This document shows, piece after piece, positions 8,056-16,604 of a DNA stretch of 32,000 bases (position 1 is its first letter; the number at the start of each line of letters is the position of its first letter). Below the pieces are notes generated by a model, which saw only the letters and a program-made list of their open reading frames with translations, was not told where the DNA came from and ran no database searches. The DNA is taken from assembly GCF_001465295.1 (NCBI RefSeq), contig NZ_CP011034.1, positions 930,001 through 962,000 on the forward strand, read 5' to 3'. Position numbers and translations under genes: made by a program. This stretch comes from Pseudoalteromonas translucida KMM 520. Lineage in GTDB: Bacteria > Pseudomonadota > Gammaproteobacteria > Enterobacterales > Alteromonadaceae.

Positions 8056-10002
8056 TTGAGCGATATGGCAAAAAATCTAATACTCTGGCTGGTTATTGCA
8101 GTTGTGCTGATGTCAGTATTTCAGAGCTTTAATGGCGGCGATCAAGTAGATCGTCAAACTAGTTATAGTCAATTTGTTAAAGATGCCCGCAGTGGCTCTA
8201 TACAAGAAGTGGCAATTGAAAGTACCAGTGGCACAATTACAGGTACTAAAACCAGTGGCGAACGTTTTCAAACGATTATGCCAATTTACGACAAAGACAT
8301 TTTAAATGATTTGTTAAAAAGTAACGTGAATGTGAAAGGGGTTAAACCTGAAGAGCAGTCATTTTTAGCAAGTATATTTATTTCTTGGTTCCCTATGATA
8401 CTGCTTATTGGTGTGTGGATATTTTTCATGCGTCAAATGCAAGGCGGTGGCGGTAAAGGGGCAATGTCGTTTGGTAAAAGCAAAGCGCGCTTAATGAGCG
8501 AAGATCAAATAAAAACCACTTTCGCCGATGTTGCTGGTTGTGATGAAGCAAAAGAAGATGTATCAGAATTGGTAGATTTTTTACGCGACCCATCAAAATT
8601 CCAAAAATTAGGTGGCAGCATTCCTAAAGGCGTGTTGATGGTTGGTCCTCCTGGTACAGGTAAAACGTTACTTGCTAAAGCCGTTGCTGGTGAAGCAAAA
8701 GTGCCGTTCTTTACTATTTCTGGTTCGGACTTTGTTGAAATGTTTGTTGGTGTGGGCGCATCTCGAGTACGAGATATGTTCGAGCAAGCTAAAAAAGCAT
8801 CACCCTGTATTATCTTTATTGATGAAATAGATGCTGTAGGTCGTAAACGTGGCGCTGGTATGGGCGGCGGTAACGACGAACGTGAGCAAACGCTAAACCA
8901 AATGCTAGTAGAAATGGATGGTTTTGGTGGTAACGAAGGTATTATCGTTATTGCTGCAACTAACCGCCCAGACGTATTAGATCCAGCCTTACTTCGTCCT
9001 GGTCGTTTTGACCGTCAAGTTGAAGTTGGCTTACCTGATATTCGTGGCCGTGAACAAATTCTTAAAGTACATATGCGTAAAGTGCCATTAGGTGACAACG
9101 TTGAAGCGGCTGTAATTGCGCGTGGTACACCGGGTTTTTCAGGTGCTGATTTAGCAAACCTAGTAAACGAAGCTGCACTCTATGCGGCACGCGGTAATAA
9201 ACGTGTTGTAAGTATGGCTGAGTTTGATGCGGCTAAAGATAAAATCATGATGGGCGCTGAGCGCAAAACCATGGTGATGAGCGAACAAGAAAAAGCAATG
9301 ACAGCGTACCACGAAGCTGGCCATGCTATTGTTGGTCGTATGGTGCCAGAGCATGATCCTGTTTATAAAGTATCTATAATTCCACGTGGCCGTGCGCTAG
9401 GTGTAACTATGTACTTGCCAGAGCAAGACCGTGTAAGCCATTCGAAAGAATTGCTAGAGTCGATGATCTCAAGCCTGTATGGCGGACGTATCGCAGAAGC
9501 ACTTATTTATGGTGCAGATAAAGTAACCACAGGTGCCAGTAACGATATTGAACGTGCAAGTGATATTGCCCGTAAAATGGTAACGCACTGGGGTTTAAGT
9601 GAAAAACTTGGCCCACTACTTTACGCAGAAGATCAAAACGATATGTACATGGGCGGTGGTCGCTCTATGAGTATATCAGATGAAACGGCTAAAATTATCG
9701 ATAGCGAAGTACGTTTGTTGTCAGATCGTAACTATCAGCGAGCAGAAGCGATATTAAAAGAAAATATCGATATTCTACACGCAATGAAAGATGCGCTGAT
9801 GAAGTACGAAACGATTGATGCTAAGCAAATTGATGATTTAATGGCGCGCCAAGAAGTTCGTGAACCACGCGATGCGCATGACCGCCATGAAAAAAAGCCA
9901 GTTAAAGAAGATGTTTCAGCAGAAAAATTAGTTGATGAAGATCAAAAACCAACTGATGAAGCTAAAAAAGATGAAACAAACCTTGATGATAAAGCTGAAT
10001 AA
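8056..10002 (+). CDS. ftsH: ATP-dependent zinc metalloprotease FtsH
   Basis: The protein is near-identical in long stretches to E. coli FtsH. It has Walker A GPPGTGKT, Walker B IIFIDEID, the SRH region and the zinc motif HEAGHA. The start is ambiguous. The TTG at 8056 lies 8 nt after an AAGAGG Shine-Dalgarno sequence, but the homologue-consistent N-terminus [13 protein letters not shown] begins at the ATG at 8065. Confidence 0.97.
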   Translation: MSDMAKNLILWLVIAVVLMSVFQSFNGGDQVDRQTSYSQFVKDARSGSIQEVAIESTSGTITGTKTSGERFQTIMPIYDKDILNDLLKSNVNVKGVKPEEQSFLASIFISWFPMILLIGVWIFFMRQMQGGGGKGAMSFGKSKARLMSEDQIKTTFADVAGCDEAKEDVSELVDFLRDPSKFQKLGGSIPKGVLMVGPPGTGKTLLAKAVAGEAKVPFFTISGSDFVEMFVGVGASRVRDMFEQAKKASPCIIFIDEIDAVGRKRGAGMGGGNDEREQTLNQMLVEMDGFGGNEGIIVIAATNRPDVLDPALLRPGRFDRQVEVGLPDIRGREQILKVHMRKVPLGDNVEAAVIARGTPGFSGADLANLVNEAALYAARGNKRVVSMAEFDAAKDKIMMGAERKTMVMSEQEKAMTAYHEAGHAIVGRMVPEHDPVYKVSIIPRGRALGVTMYLPEQDRVSHSKELLESMISSLYGGRIAEALIYGADKVTTGASNDIERASDIARKMVTHWGLSEKLGPLLYAEDQNDMYMGGGRSMSISDETAKIIDSEVRLLSDRNYQRAEAILKENIDILHAMKDALMKYETIDAKQIDDLMARQEVREPRDAHDRHEKKPVKEDVSAEKLVDEDQKPTDEAKKDETNLDDKAE

Positions 10003-10021
10003 TCGTTAAAATAGCTAAACT

Positions 10022-10049
10022 AAAAGCCCCGAACCTCGGGGCTTTTTTG
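10022..10049 (+). terminator. Intrinsic terminator after ftsH
   Basis: GC-rich hairpin gccccga-acc-tcggggc followed by tttttt, 20 nt after the ftsH stop. Confidence 0.8.
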
Positions 10050-10100
10050 TATCAAACGTATAAAGTTAACTTCAGCTAATTCAAACAAAAAAAGGTCATC

Positions 10101-10946
10101 ATGAATAATTTACTAAACTTGCCTCGCAAACGTACACTCAGTTTGGCAAATCCAGTAATTATGGGAATACTTAATGTTACTCCCGATTCATTTTCAGATG
10201 GCGGGAAGTTTATAGACCCTGATATTGCGTTGCAGCGTGCGCTGCAATTGTTAGACGACGGGGCGAAAATTATAGATATTGGCGGTGAGTCGACTCGCCC
10301 AGGTGCTCCTGATGTGAGCCTTGAAGATGAATTAGCACGTGTAATACCAGCGATTAAAGCAATTCGTGAAAACAGTGATTGCGTTATATCTATTGATACC
10401 AGTAAAGCACAAGTAATGCACCAAGCTATTTTAGCTGGGGCCGATATTGTTAATGACGTACGTGCATTACAAGAAAGCGACGCGCTGAGCGTAGTGGCGC
10501 AGTTTCCTGATGTTGCGGTGTGTTTAATGCATATGCAAGGCCAACCTCGCAGCATGCAGGCAGCGCCGCACTATGATGATTTATTTGCAGATATAAAACA
10601 GTTTTTTAGTCAACGAATTGCTGCGTGTAAAACAGCGGGGATTAAGCAAACACAACTTATTCTTGATCCTGGCTTTGGTTTTGGTAAAACACTCAGCCAC
10701 AACTACCAACTACTGGCGCAGTTTAATGACTTTAATCAGTTTGGTTTACCGTTATTAGCGGGATTGTCGCGTAAGTCGATGATTGGCAACTTATTAAACA
10801 GAAATACAAATGAGCGATTGGCCGGCAGTTTAGCGGGCGCATTAATCGCAGCACAAAATGGTGCGCATATTATTCGTGTACACGACGTAAAAGAAACCGC
10901 AGACGTGCTTAACGTACTACAAGCCTGCAAACAAGGAGTACTTTAA
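10101..10946 (+). CDS. folP: Dihydropteroate synthase
   Basis: The 281-aa ORF has the pterin-binding-domain motifs IMGILNVTPDSFSDGG, IIDIGGESTRPGA, NDV, DPGFGFGKT and IIRVHDV. It sits in the conserved position after ftsH. Confidence 0.95.
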   Translation: MNNLLNLPRKRTLSLANPVIMGILNVTPDSFSDGGKFIDPDIALQRALQLLDDGAKIIDIGGESTRPGAPDVSLEDELARVIPAIKAIRENSDCVISIDTSKAQVMHQAILAGADIVNDVRALQESDALSVVAQFPDVAVCLMHMQGQPRSMQAAPHYDDLFADIKQFFSQRIAACKTAGIKQTQLILDPGFGFGKTLSHNYQLLAQFNDFNQFGLPLLAGLSRKSMIGNLLNRNTNERLAGSLAGALIAAQNGAHIIRVHDVKETADVLNVLQACKQGVL

Positions 10947-12296
10947 ATGAAAGAAAGAAAATATTTTGGCACCGATGGTGTACGCGGGCTCGTGGGTGAG
11001 CATCCTATAAATCCTGAGTTTGCAATGAAACTAGGTTGGGCAGCGGGCCGTGTTCTATCAGAAAACGGCACTAAAAAAGTGATGATAGGTAAAGATACCC
11101 GCATTTCAGGTTATATGTTAGAAACCGCATTACAAGCAGGGTTAATTGCTGCAGGAATTGATGTGGTGTTATTAGGCCCTATGCCAACTCCTGCGATTGC
11201 TTATTTAGCACAAACATTTAGAGCCGAGGCCGGCATAGTAATTAGTGCGTCGCACAATCCGTATTACGATAACGGCATTAAGTTTTTTAATTGCCGCGGT
11301 TTAAAGCTTGATGATAAAGTAGAGCTTGAAATTGAAGCCATGCTTGATGAGCCAATGACCTGTGTTGAGTCAGATAAACTAGGAAAAGCAAGTCGCTTAA
11401 CTAGCGCTGATGGTCGTTATATCGAATTTTGTAAAAGCCAATTTCCACAAAGCTTGTCGCTTGAAGGATTAAAGATCGTACTCGATTGTGCTAATGGCGC
11501 AACTTACCATATTGCCCCATCAGTAATGCGCGAACTAGGTGCAAATATAATCACGCATGCGTGTGAGCCCAATGGTGTAAATATTAATCATGAATGCGGT
11601 GCTACTCACGTAGATACACTAAAACGTAAAGTGCTTGAGCATAATGCCGATGTGGGCATTGCCTATGATGGCGATGGCGACCGTGTAATGATGGTTGATC
11701 ATAATGGCCGCGTGTTTGATGGTGATGACTTAGTATACATTATTGCCTGCCAAGCAGCGCAAGATGATAATTTAGGTGGTGGTGTTGTTGGCACTGTTAT
11801 GTCAAACATGGGCCTTGAAAATGCATTAAAAGCCAAAGGTATTGAGTTTGCACGCAGTAAAGTAGGCGACCGTTATGTAATGGAATTGCTACAACAGAAA
11901 GGCTGGACTATTGGCGGCGAAAGCTCGGGCCATGTATTAAACCTTGATTTAATTAGCACCGGTGATGGCATTATTTCAAGCTTGCAAGTACTGGCTGCTA
12001 TGGTTGCGCAAAATAAAACATTACAAGACTTAGGTACTGGTTTTACTAAGTACCCAATGAAAATGATTAACGTGCGTTACACCCCAGGCACTGATCCGAC
12101 AAAAGCACCTGCAGTATTAGCCGCAGTAGCTGAGGTTGAGCAAACTTTAGGTGAAAAGGGGCGTGTGTTACTACGCAAATCAGGCACTGAACCTGTTGTA
12201 CGTGTTATGGTTGAGGCCGAGCAAGAGAAGTTAGTAATCGACAGCGCAGAAAAAATAGCCGCGGTTGTCGAATCTATGAGCAAACAAACTGATTGA
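10947..12296 (+). CDS. glmM: Phosphoglucosamine mutase
   Basis: The 449-aa ORF starts YFGTDGVRG and has the phosphoserine loop [15 protein letters not shown], the metal site DGDGDR and the sugar-binding GGESSGH. Its ATG directly abuts the folP stop. Confidence 0.95.
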   Translation: MKERKYFGTDGVRGLVGEHPINPEFAMKLGWAAGRVLSENGTKKVMIGKDTRISGYMLETALQAGLIAAGIDVVLLGPMPTPAIAYLAQTFRAEAGIVISASHNPYYDNGIKFFNCRGLKLDDKVELEIEAMLDEPMTCVESDKLGKASRLTSADGRYIEFCKSQFPQSLSLEGLKIVLDCANGATYHIAPSVMRELGANIITHACEPNGVNINHECGATHVDTLKRKVLEHNADVGIAYDGDGDRVMMVDHNGRVFDGDDLVYIIACQAAQDDNLGGGVVGTVMSNMGLENALKAKGIEFARSKVGDRYVMELLQQKGWTIGGESSGHVLNLDLISTGDGIISSLQVLAAMVAQNKTLQDLGTGFTKYPMKMINVRYTPGTDPTKAPAVLAAVAEVEQTLGEKGRVLLRKSGTEPVVRVMVEAEQEKLVIDSAEKIAAVVESMSKQTD

Positions 12297-12321
12297 TAAC
12301 AATAACCTCTTGTAACTTTGG

Positions 12322-12347
12322 GCGAGTCGAGTTAATATCTCGACCGC
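12322..12347 (+). terminator. Weak hairpin between glmM and tpiA (possible partial terminator or attenuator)
   Basis: gcgaGTCGAG-ttaatat-CTCGACcgc forms 9 bp with one bulge and is followed by only ttt. Seen by eye; no energy calculation was done. Confidence 0.3.
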
Positions 12348-12368
12348 TTTCTCATGTGGAGTGGAAAA

Positions 12369-13145
12369 ATGGCAGCACGCAAGGCGATGGTCGCAGGCAA
12401 TTGGAAAATGAATGGCTCTTTAGAGCTGGTTAAACAAATGTCTGATGCTATTAACAATGTTAAATCAAACGAGATAGACATTGTTTTATTTCCTCCGTTT
12501 CCGTTAGTGTCAGCAATGATAGCCAGCGGTGTTTCAACGGGAACTCAAACTGTGTCAGAAAATACACCCGGTGCATTTACTGGTGAAGTTGATGCGCAAC
12601 TTGTTAAAGAGTTGGGCGCCCAATATGTATTAGTAGGTCACTCAGAGCGCCGTAGTATATACAAAGAAAGTAATGATGTCGTAGCTGCAAAATTTGCTCG
12701 CGCACAACAAGTTGGTTTAACGCCAATTTTATGTGTTGGAGAGAGCGAAAGTGAGCAAGAAAACGGTAAAACAGAACAAATAGTTGCTGCACAAATTGAT
12801 GCAGTAATTGAAAAATTAGGTGTAGCAGCACTCAAAGATTCTGTGATAGCATATGAACCCGTTTGGGCCATAGGCACAGGTAAGACTGCTTCGCCAGAAC
12901 AGGCACAAAGCGTTCATAAATTTATCCGTGACAAAATCGCTTCATTAAACAGCGATTTAGCACAAGGGCTAACCATCTTGTATGGTGGTAGCGTTAACGA
13001 AAAAAATAGCGAATTATTATTTGCACAAACAGATATAGACGGCGGCCTTATTGGTGGCGCAAGTTTAAAAGCAGATTCATTTACTGCTATCTGCAACAGT
13101 GCAACAGTGCAAAAGGGACCGTATAAATGTACGAAATTTTACTAG
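12369..13145 (+). CDS. tpiA: Triose-phosphate isomerase
   Basis: Motifs present are VAGNWKMNG, the catalytic H in VLVGHSERR, the catalytic E in AYEPVWAIGTG, and YGGSV. I prefer the ATG at 12369 (GGAG 7 nt upstream, N-terminal length like E. coli) over the ORF-track start at 12354. The 3' end overlaps secG by 19 nt (see finding on the 8-bp duplication). Confidence 0.9.
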   Translation: MAARKAMVAGNWKMNGSLELVKQMSDAINNVKSNEIDIVLFPPFPLVSAMIASGVSTGTQTVSENTPGAFTGEVDAQLVKELGAQYVLVGHSERRSIYKESNDVVAAKFARAQQVGLTPILCVGESESEQENGKTEQIVAAQIDAVIEKLGVAALKDSVIAYEPVWAIGTGKTASPEQAQSVHKFIRDKIASLNSDLAQGLTILYGGSVNEKNSELLFAQTDIDGGLIGGASLKADSFTAICNSATVQKGPYKCTKFY

Positions 13146-13480
13146 TAGTTTATTTAGTTGTAGCTTTAGCGCTTGTTGGAATGGTTTTAATCCAACAAGG
13201 TAAAGGTGCCGATATGGGTTCTTCATTTGGTGCAGGTGCTTCGTCAACTGTTTTCGGATCATCAGGCGCAGGCAACTTTATGACTAAAACAACAACAGTT
13301 TTAGCCTCTGTGTTTTTTGTATTAAGCATAGTATTGGGTAACCTTACTGCAAGTCATATTAAAAAGACTGATGAATGGGAAAACCTTGAAGCAGCACCCG
13401 CTGTAGAAACAGTTATTCCTGTTGAAGAAGATGTGCCAGTTACATCTTCGAAAGAGCAACGCTCTGACGTACCAAATTAA
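13127..13480 (+). CDS. secG: Preprotein translocase subunit SecG
   Basis: The 117-aa ORF has two TM helices and the characteristic LIQQGKGADMGSSFGAGASSTVFGSSGAGNF segment. It is followed by tRNA-Leu, as in the E. coli secG-leuU operon. Confidence 0.9.
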   Translation: MYEILLVVYLVVALALVGMVLIQQGKGADMGSSFGAGASSTVFGSSGAGNFMTKTTTVLASVFFVLSIVLGNLTASHIKKTDEWENLEAAPAVETVIPVEEDVPVTSSKEQRSDVPN

Positions 13481-13565
13481 TTTAGCGTAAAAGCTAAAAC
13501 GTTAAACGATTTATACTCCTCAAATAAATCATAAAGTTTAACACCTAAGCGCAAGCTTAAAAAAT

Positions 13566-13650
13566 GCGGATGTGGTGGAATTGGTAGACACGCCACCTTG
13601 AGGGGGTGGTGCTTTAGGGCATGGGGGTTCAAGTCCCCCCATCCGCACCA
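13566..13650 (+). tRNA. leuU: tRNA-Leu (anticodon GAG), class II with long variable arm, CCA encoded
   Basis: I folded the cloverleaf by hand. Acceptor GCGGATG/CATCCGC; anticodon stem CCACC/GGTGG with loop TTGAGGG (anticodon GAG); 13-nt variable arm; T-arm GGGGG-TTCAAGT-CCCCC; 3' ACCA. Length is 85 nt. Confidence 0.9.
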
Positions 13651-13656
13651 AATTTA

Positions 13657-13687
13657 AAACCCAGTAACTAACGTTACTGGGTTTTTT
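13657..13687 (+). terminator. Intrinsic terminator of the secG-tRNA-Leu transcript
   Basis: Hairpin cccagtaac-taac-gttactggg followed by tttttt, directly after the tRNA. Confidence 0.8.
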
Positions 13688-13895
13688 GCTTTTAGCTAAA
13701 GTTAATCCTTATTACCACAAAACTTCCTCACTACAACACTCATTTAATCTAACAACAGATGCTTTTAGTACGCAGGTTATTACTTGTGCAATCAGTCACG
13801 TAGCATTTTTATATAGCAATAAAATCCTTGGTCCATTTAAACTATGCCGCAATGCTAAATTGATGCTAAGTTGAATTAAAAATAGGAGATGATTT

Positions 13896-14693
13896 GTGTC
13901 AAAAGTAGCGTTTATTTCAGGTGCCAGTAGAGGTATTGGTCGTGCAACTGCCATCGCATTTGCAAAAGCAGGCTATCGAGTAGCAATAACAGCTCGTGAA
14001 TTAGATAGTGAGGTAGCACAGCAAAGTACGCAAGGGAGTTTAAAACAAACAGCCCAAATGATGGAGCAATTAGGTTGTGAAGTCATTGCGCTAAAAATGG
14101 ATTTACTTGATTTTAACTCCGTTGCAAGTGCTCTAAAGCAGGTGCTTGAACACTTTGGTAAAATTGACGTGGTTGTTAATAATGCTATTTATCAAGGTGC
14201 TGGCCTTAATGCTTCTTTATTGGATGTAACGCAGCAAACCCTTGAAAAAGTTGCTAGAGGTTACATAGGTGCGCCAGTGCAAATAGCACAAGCTGTTTTA
14301 CCAAGTATGTTAGCGCAACAAAGCGGCTGTATAATAAATATAACCTCGGGAGCGGGTGAAAAAGATCCGCCTATTCCTGCATCGAAAGGGGGCTGGGGTT
14401 ATGCATACGGTGCAGGTAAGGCTGCGGTGTCGCGACTGTCGGGTATTATTTGCCGTGAGCATGGTCATCAAGGTATTCGCGCTTTTACAGTAAACCCGGG
14501 AGTTGTTAACACTGAAACGCTAAGAGCGACTATTGGCGATCAGGGTATTAAAGGCCTACAGCAGGCTGTAGCCGAACCGGATGAAATAGGTAATGTACTA
14601 TTATGGATTGCAGATAATTCTGCAGCAGATGAGCTGCAGTACAGTACCATCTCCGCACAAAAATTAGCGCGCGAGCTAAACCTGCCTAAATAA
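13896..14693 (+). CDS. Short-chain dehydrogenase/reductase (SDR) family oxidoreductase
   Basis: The 265-aa ORF has a GTG start 8 nt after AGGAGA. It has the cofactor motif SGASRGIG, NNAI, and a catalytic S...YxxxK (ITSGAG ... YAYGAGKAA). Confidence 0.85.
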   Translation: MSKVAFISGASRGIGRATAIAFAKAGYRVAITARELDSEVAQQSTQGSLKQTAQMMEQLGCEVIALKMDLLDFNSVASALKQVLEHFGKIDVVVNNAIYQGAGLNASLLDVTQQTLEKVARGYIGAPVQIAQAVLPSMLAQQSGCIINITSGAGEKDPPIPASKGGWGYAYGAGKAAVSRLSGIICREHGHQGIRAFTVNPGVVNTETLRATIGDQGIKGLQQAVAEPDEIGNVLLWIADNSAADELQYSTISAQKLARELNLPK

Positions 14694-14852
14694 TAATCGA
14701 GTCTCATATGATCTTGCTGCTTTGTACTAGGAAAATTAAGCGCAATTACAGCAAGGTTATAATTAATAGAGCTTTATATTCTACCTGCCAAATTATGGTG
14801 TATTACCATATTAGATTTTAAGTATCATTACCCTCAACAATGGAAGTAAGCA

Positions 14853-16466
14853 ATGAAAACTCAATATGACGTAATTGTGGTTGGCGCCGGTTCTGCAGGG
14901 TGTACATTGGCTTATCGTATTGCGCGTGAAAGTTCGTTACAGGTGCTGTTGCTAGAAGCAGGCAGTACTGACAACAGTCCAATGATCCATATACCTATGG
15001 GTTTTGCATTTTTACTAAAACCGCACAAAAATAATTGGGCCTTTAAAACGTGCCCAGAACGCTTTTTAAACAATCGTATTGTGGATTTACCCCGTGGCAA
15101 AGTATTAGGTGGATGCAGTTCTATTAACGGTATGGTGTATATTCGTGGTCAAAAACAGGACTTTGATCGTTGGGCGCAGCAGGGGAATACAGGCTGGAGT
15201 TACAGTGATGTATTGCCTTATTTTATACGTTCAGAACACAACGAAAGCGGTGCTAACAATTATCACGGCGAAAATGGTCCTTTATGGGTAAGTGTTGTTG
15301 ATGATGAGTTTCCTATTCATCAGGCATTTAGCGCTGCCGCAATTGAAGCCGGGCATTCGTTTAACTTTGATGTGAATGGAGAATCACAAGCAGGTATTAG
15401 TTGGTTTCCACGTACCATTAAAAACGGCCGCCGATTTAGTAGTGCTCGGGCATTTTTGGGAGCCGGTAGTACGCTGACAAACTTAACAGTTATTACCCAC
15501 GCACGCGTCAAACAGTTAATATTTAATGATAACCGCGTTGTACAAATAAAAACGCAGATTAAAAACAAGGACGTGGTATTTAGGGTAAATCACGAGACAA
15601 TTATTAGTGCTGGTGCTATCAACTCACCACTGTTGCTTGAGCGTTCAGGCATAGGTCAAAAGGAACGTCTAGAGGCATTAGGTATAAAGGTCAAATTAGA
15701 TTTACAAGGGGTTGGAGAAAACCTTCAAGATCATTGGAACACCTATATAAAACAGCGTGTAAAAAATACTAAAACTTACTTTAGTGAAGCAAAAGGTATT
15801 GGCTTAATTAAAAACTTAATCAGATATGCATTTACTCGTAAGGGATTTCTTGGCGATTCGGCTGCAACAATGGCCGTGTTTTATAAAACATCTGATAAAC
15901 TTAAAACACCAGATGCACAAATACATTTTGCCCCCGCAGCTTCTAAAATAAATGCTCGCGGTAATATGCAGCCTATTAACGCAATTACGGTCGCCAGTTG
16001 TCTTATTCGCCCAACAAGCCGTGGCAGTGTCCACTTAAGTTCTGTTGATGAAAAACAAGCACCACAAATACAGTTAAACTACTTAGCTAGCCAAAGCGAT
16101 CAGAAATTATCATTGATAGCCTTTCGTAAAGCCAGACATATACTCAAGCAAACCTCTCTTGCAGCAATGCTTGATGGCGAAGCAGAGCCAGGTGAAAAGC
16201 TACAAAGTGACGACTCTCTTTTAGAATACATCAAAAATACGGGGGAACCGGTTCATCATCTAGCTGGTAGCTGTAAAATGGGCTCTGATCCAATGGCTGT
16301 GGTGGATGAGCGATTAATGGTGCACGGTATTAATAATTTACGAGTAGCTGATGCATCGATAATGCCCGATTTGATAAGTGGCAATACGCATGCTACTTGT
16401 GTGATGATTGGTGAGAAGTGCGCAGATTTTGTAATACGCAGTTACTCAGACAAAGCTACTCTATGA
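14853..16466 (+). CDS. GMC-family FAD-dependent oxidoreductase (choline/alcohol dehydrogenase-like)
   Basis: The 537-aa ORF has an N-terminal Rossmann DVIVVGAGSAGC..A.R..E and GMC signature 1 GKVLGGCSSINGMVYIRG. The C-terminal active-site region is HHLAGSCKMG ... GNTHATCVMIGEK. Confidence 0.85.
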   Translation: MKTQYDVIVVGAGSAGCTLAYRIARESSLQVLLLEAGSTDNSPMIHIPMGFAFLLKPHKNNWAFKTCPERFLNNRIVDLPRGKVLGGCSSINGMVYIRGQKQDFDRWAQQGNTGWSYSDVLPYFIRSEHNESGANNYHGENGPLWVSVVDDEFPIHQAFSAAAIEAGHSFNFDVNGESQAGISWFPRTIKNGRRFSSARAFLGAGSTLTNLTVITHARVKQLIFNDNRVVQIKTQIKNKDVVFRVNHETIISAGAINSPLLLERSGIGQKERLEALGIKVKLDLQGVGENLQDHWNTYIKQRVKNTKTYFSEAKGIGLIKNLIRYAFTRKGFLGDSAATMAVFYKTSDKLKTPDAQIHFAPAASKINARGNMQPINAITVASCLIRPTSRGSVHLSSVDEKQAPQIQLNYLASQSDQKLSLIAFRKARHILKQTSLAAMLDGEAEPGEKLQSDDSLLEYIKNTGEPVHHLAGSCKMGSDPMAVVDERLMVHGINNLRVADASIMPDLISGNTHATCVMIGEKCADFVIRSYSDKATL

Positions 16467-16555
16467 ATAAGTGCCTAATTTATTTTGGTAGGATCATATC
16501 AGTAAATTTAAATTCTGAAAGGTGCCTTACTGCACAATCTAGTTACTTATAAATA

Positions 16556-16585
16556 AAAAGGCCTTAATAAATATTAAGGCCTTTT
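16556..16585. terminator. Bidirectional intrinsic terminator between the GMC oxidoreductase and TonB-dependent receptor genes
   Basis: Perfect palindrome aaaaggccttaata-aa-tattaaggcctttt with flanking A- and T-runs, between convergent stops at 16466 and 16605. Confidence 0.8.
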
Positions 16586-16604
16586 CACTATAATAATTGT
16601 TTAA

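Noticed and set aside
10076-10555. 159-aa ORF antisense to folP
   Set aside because: The plus-strand frame carries unmistakable dihydropteroate synthase motifs. The antisense product is low-complexity (Ser/Ala/Cys/Ile-rich) with no start context, which is typical of a shadow ORF.
13686-13874. 62-aa ORF in the gap between the tRNA terminator and the first SDR
   Set aside because: Its start overlaps the terminator T-run, it has no Shine-Dalgarno sequence, and the peptide is low-complexity. It is more likely non-coding promoter DNA for the SDR gene.
14794-14810. Palindrome TATGGT-gtatt-ACCATA about 45 bp upstream of the GMC oxidoreductase start
   Set aside because: Arms of 6 bp in AT-rich intergenic DNA are expected by chance at appreciable frequency, and no second copy occurs elsewhere in the cluster. 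It is not enough to call an operator.
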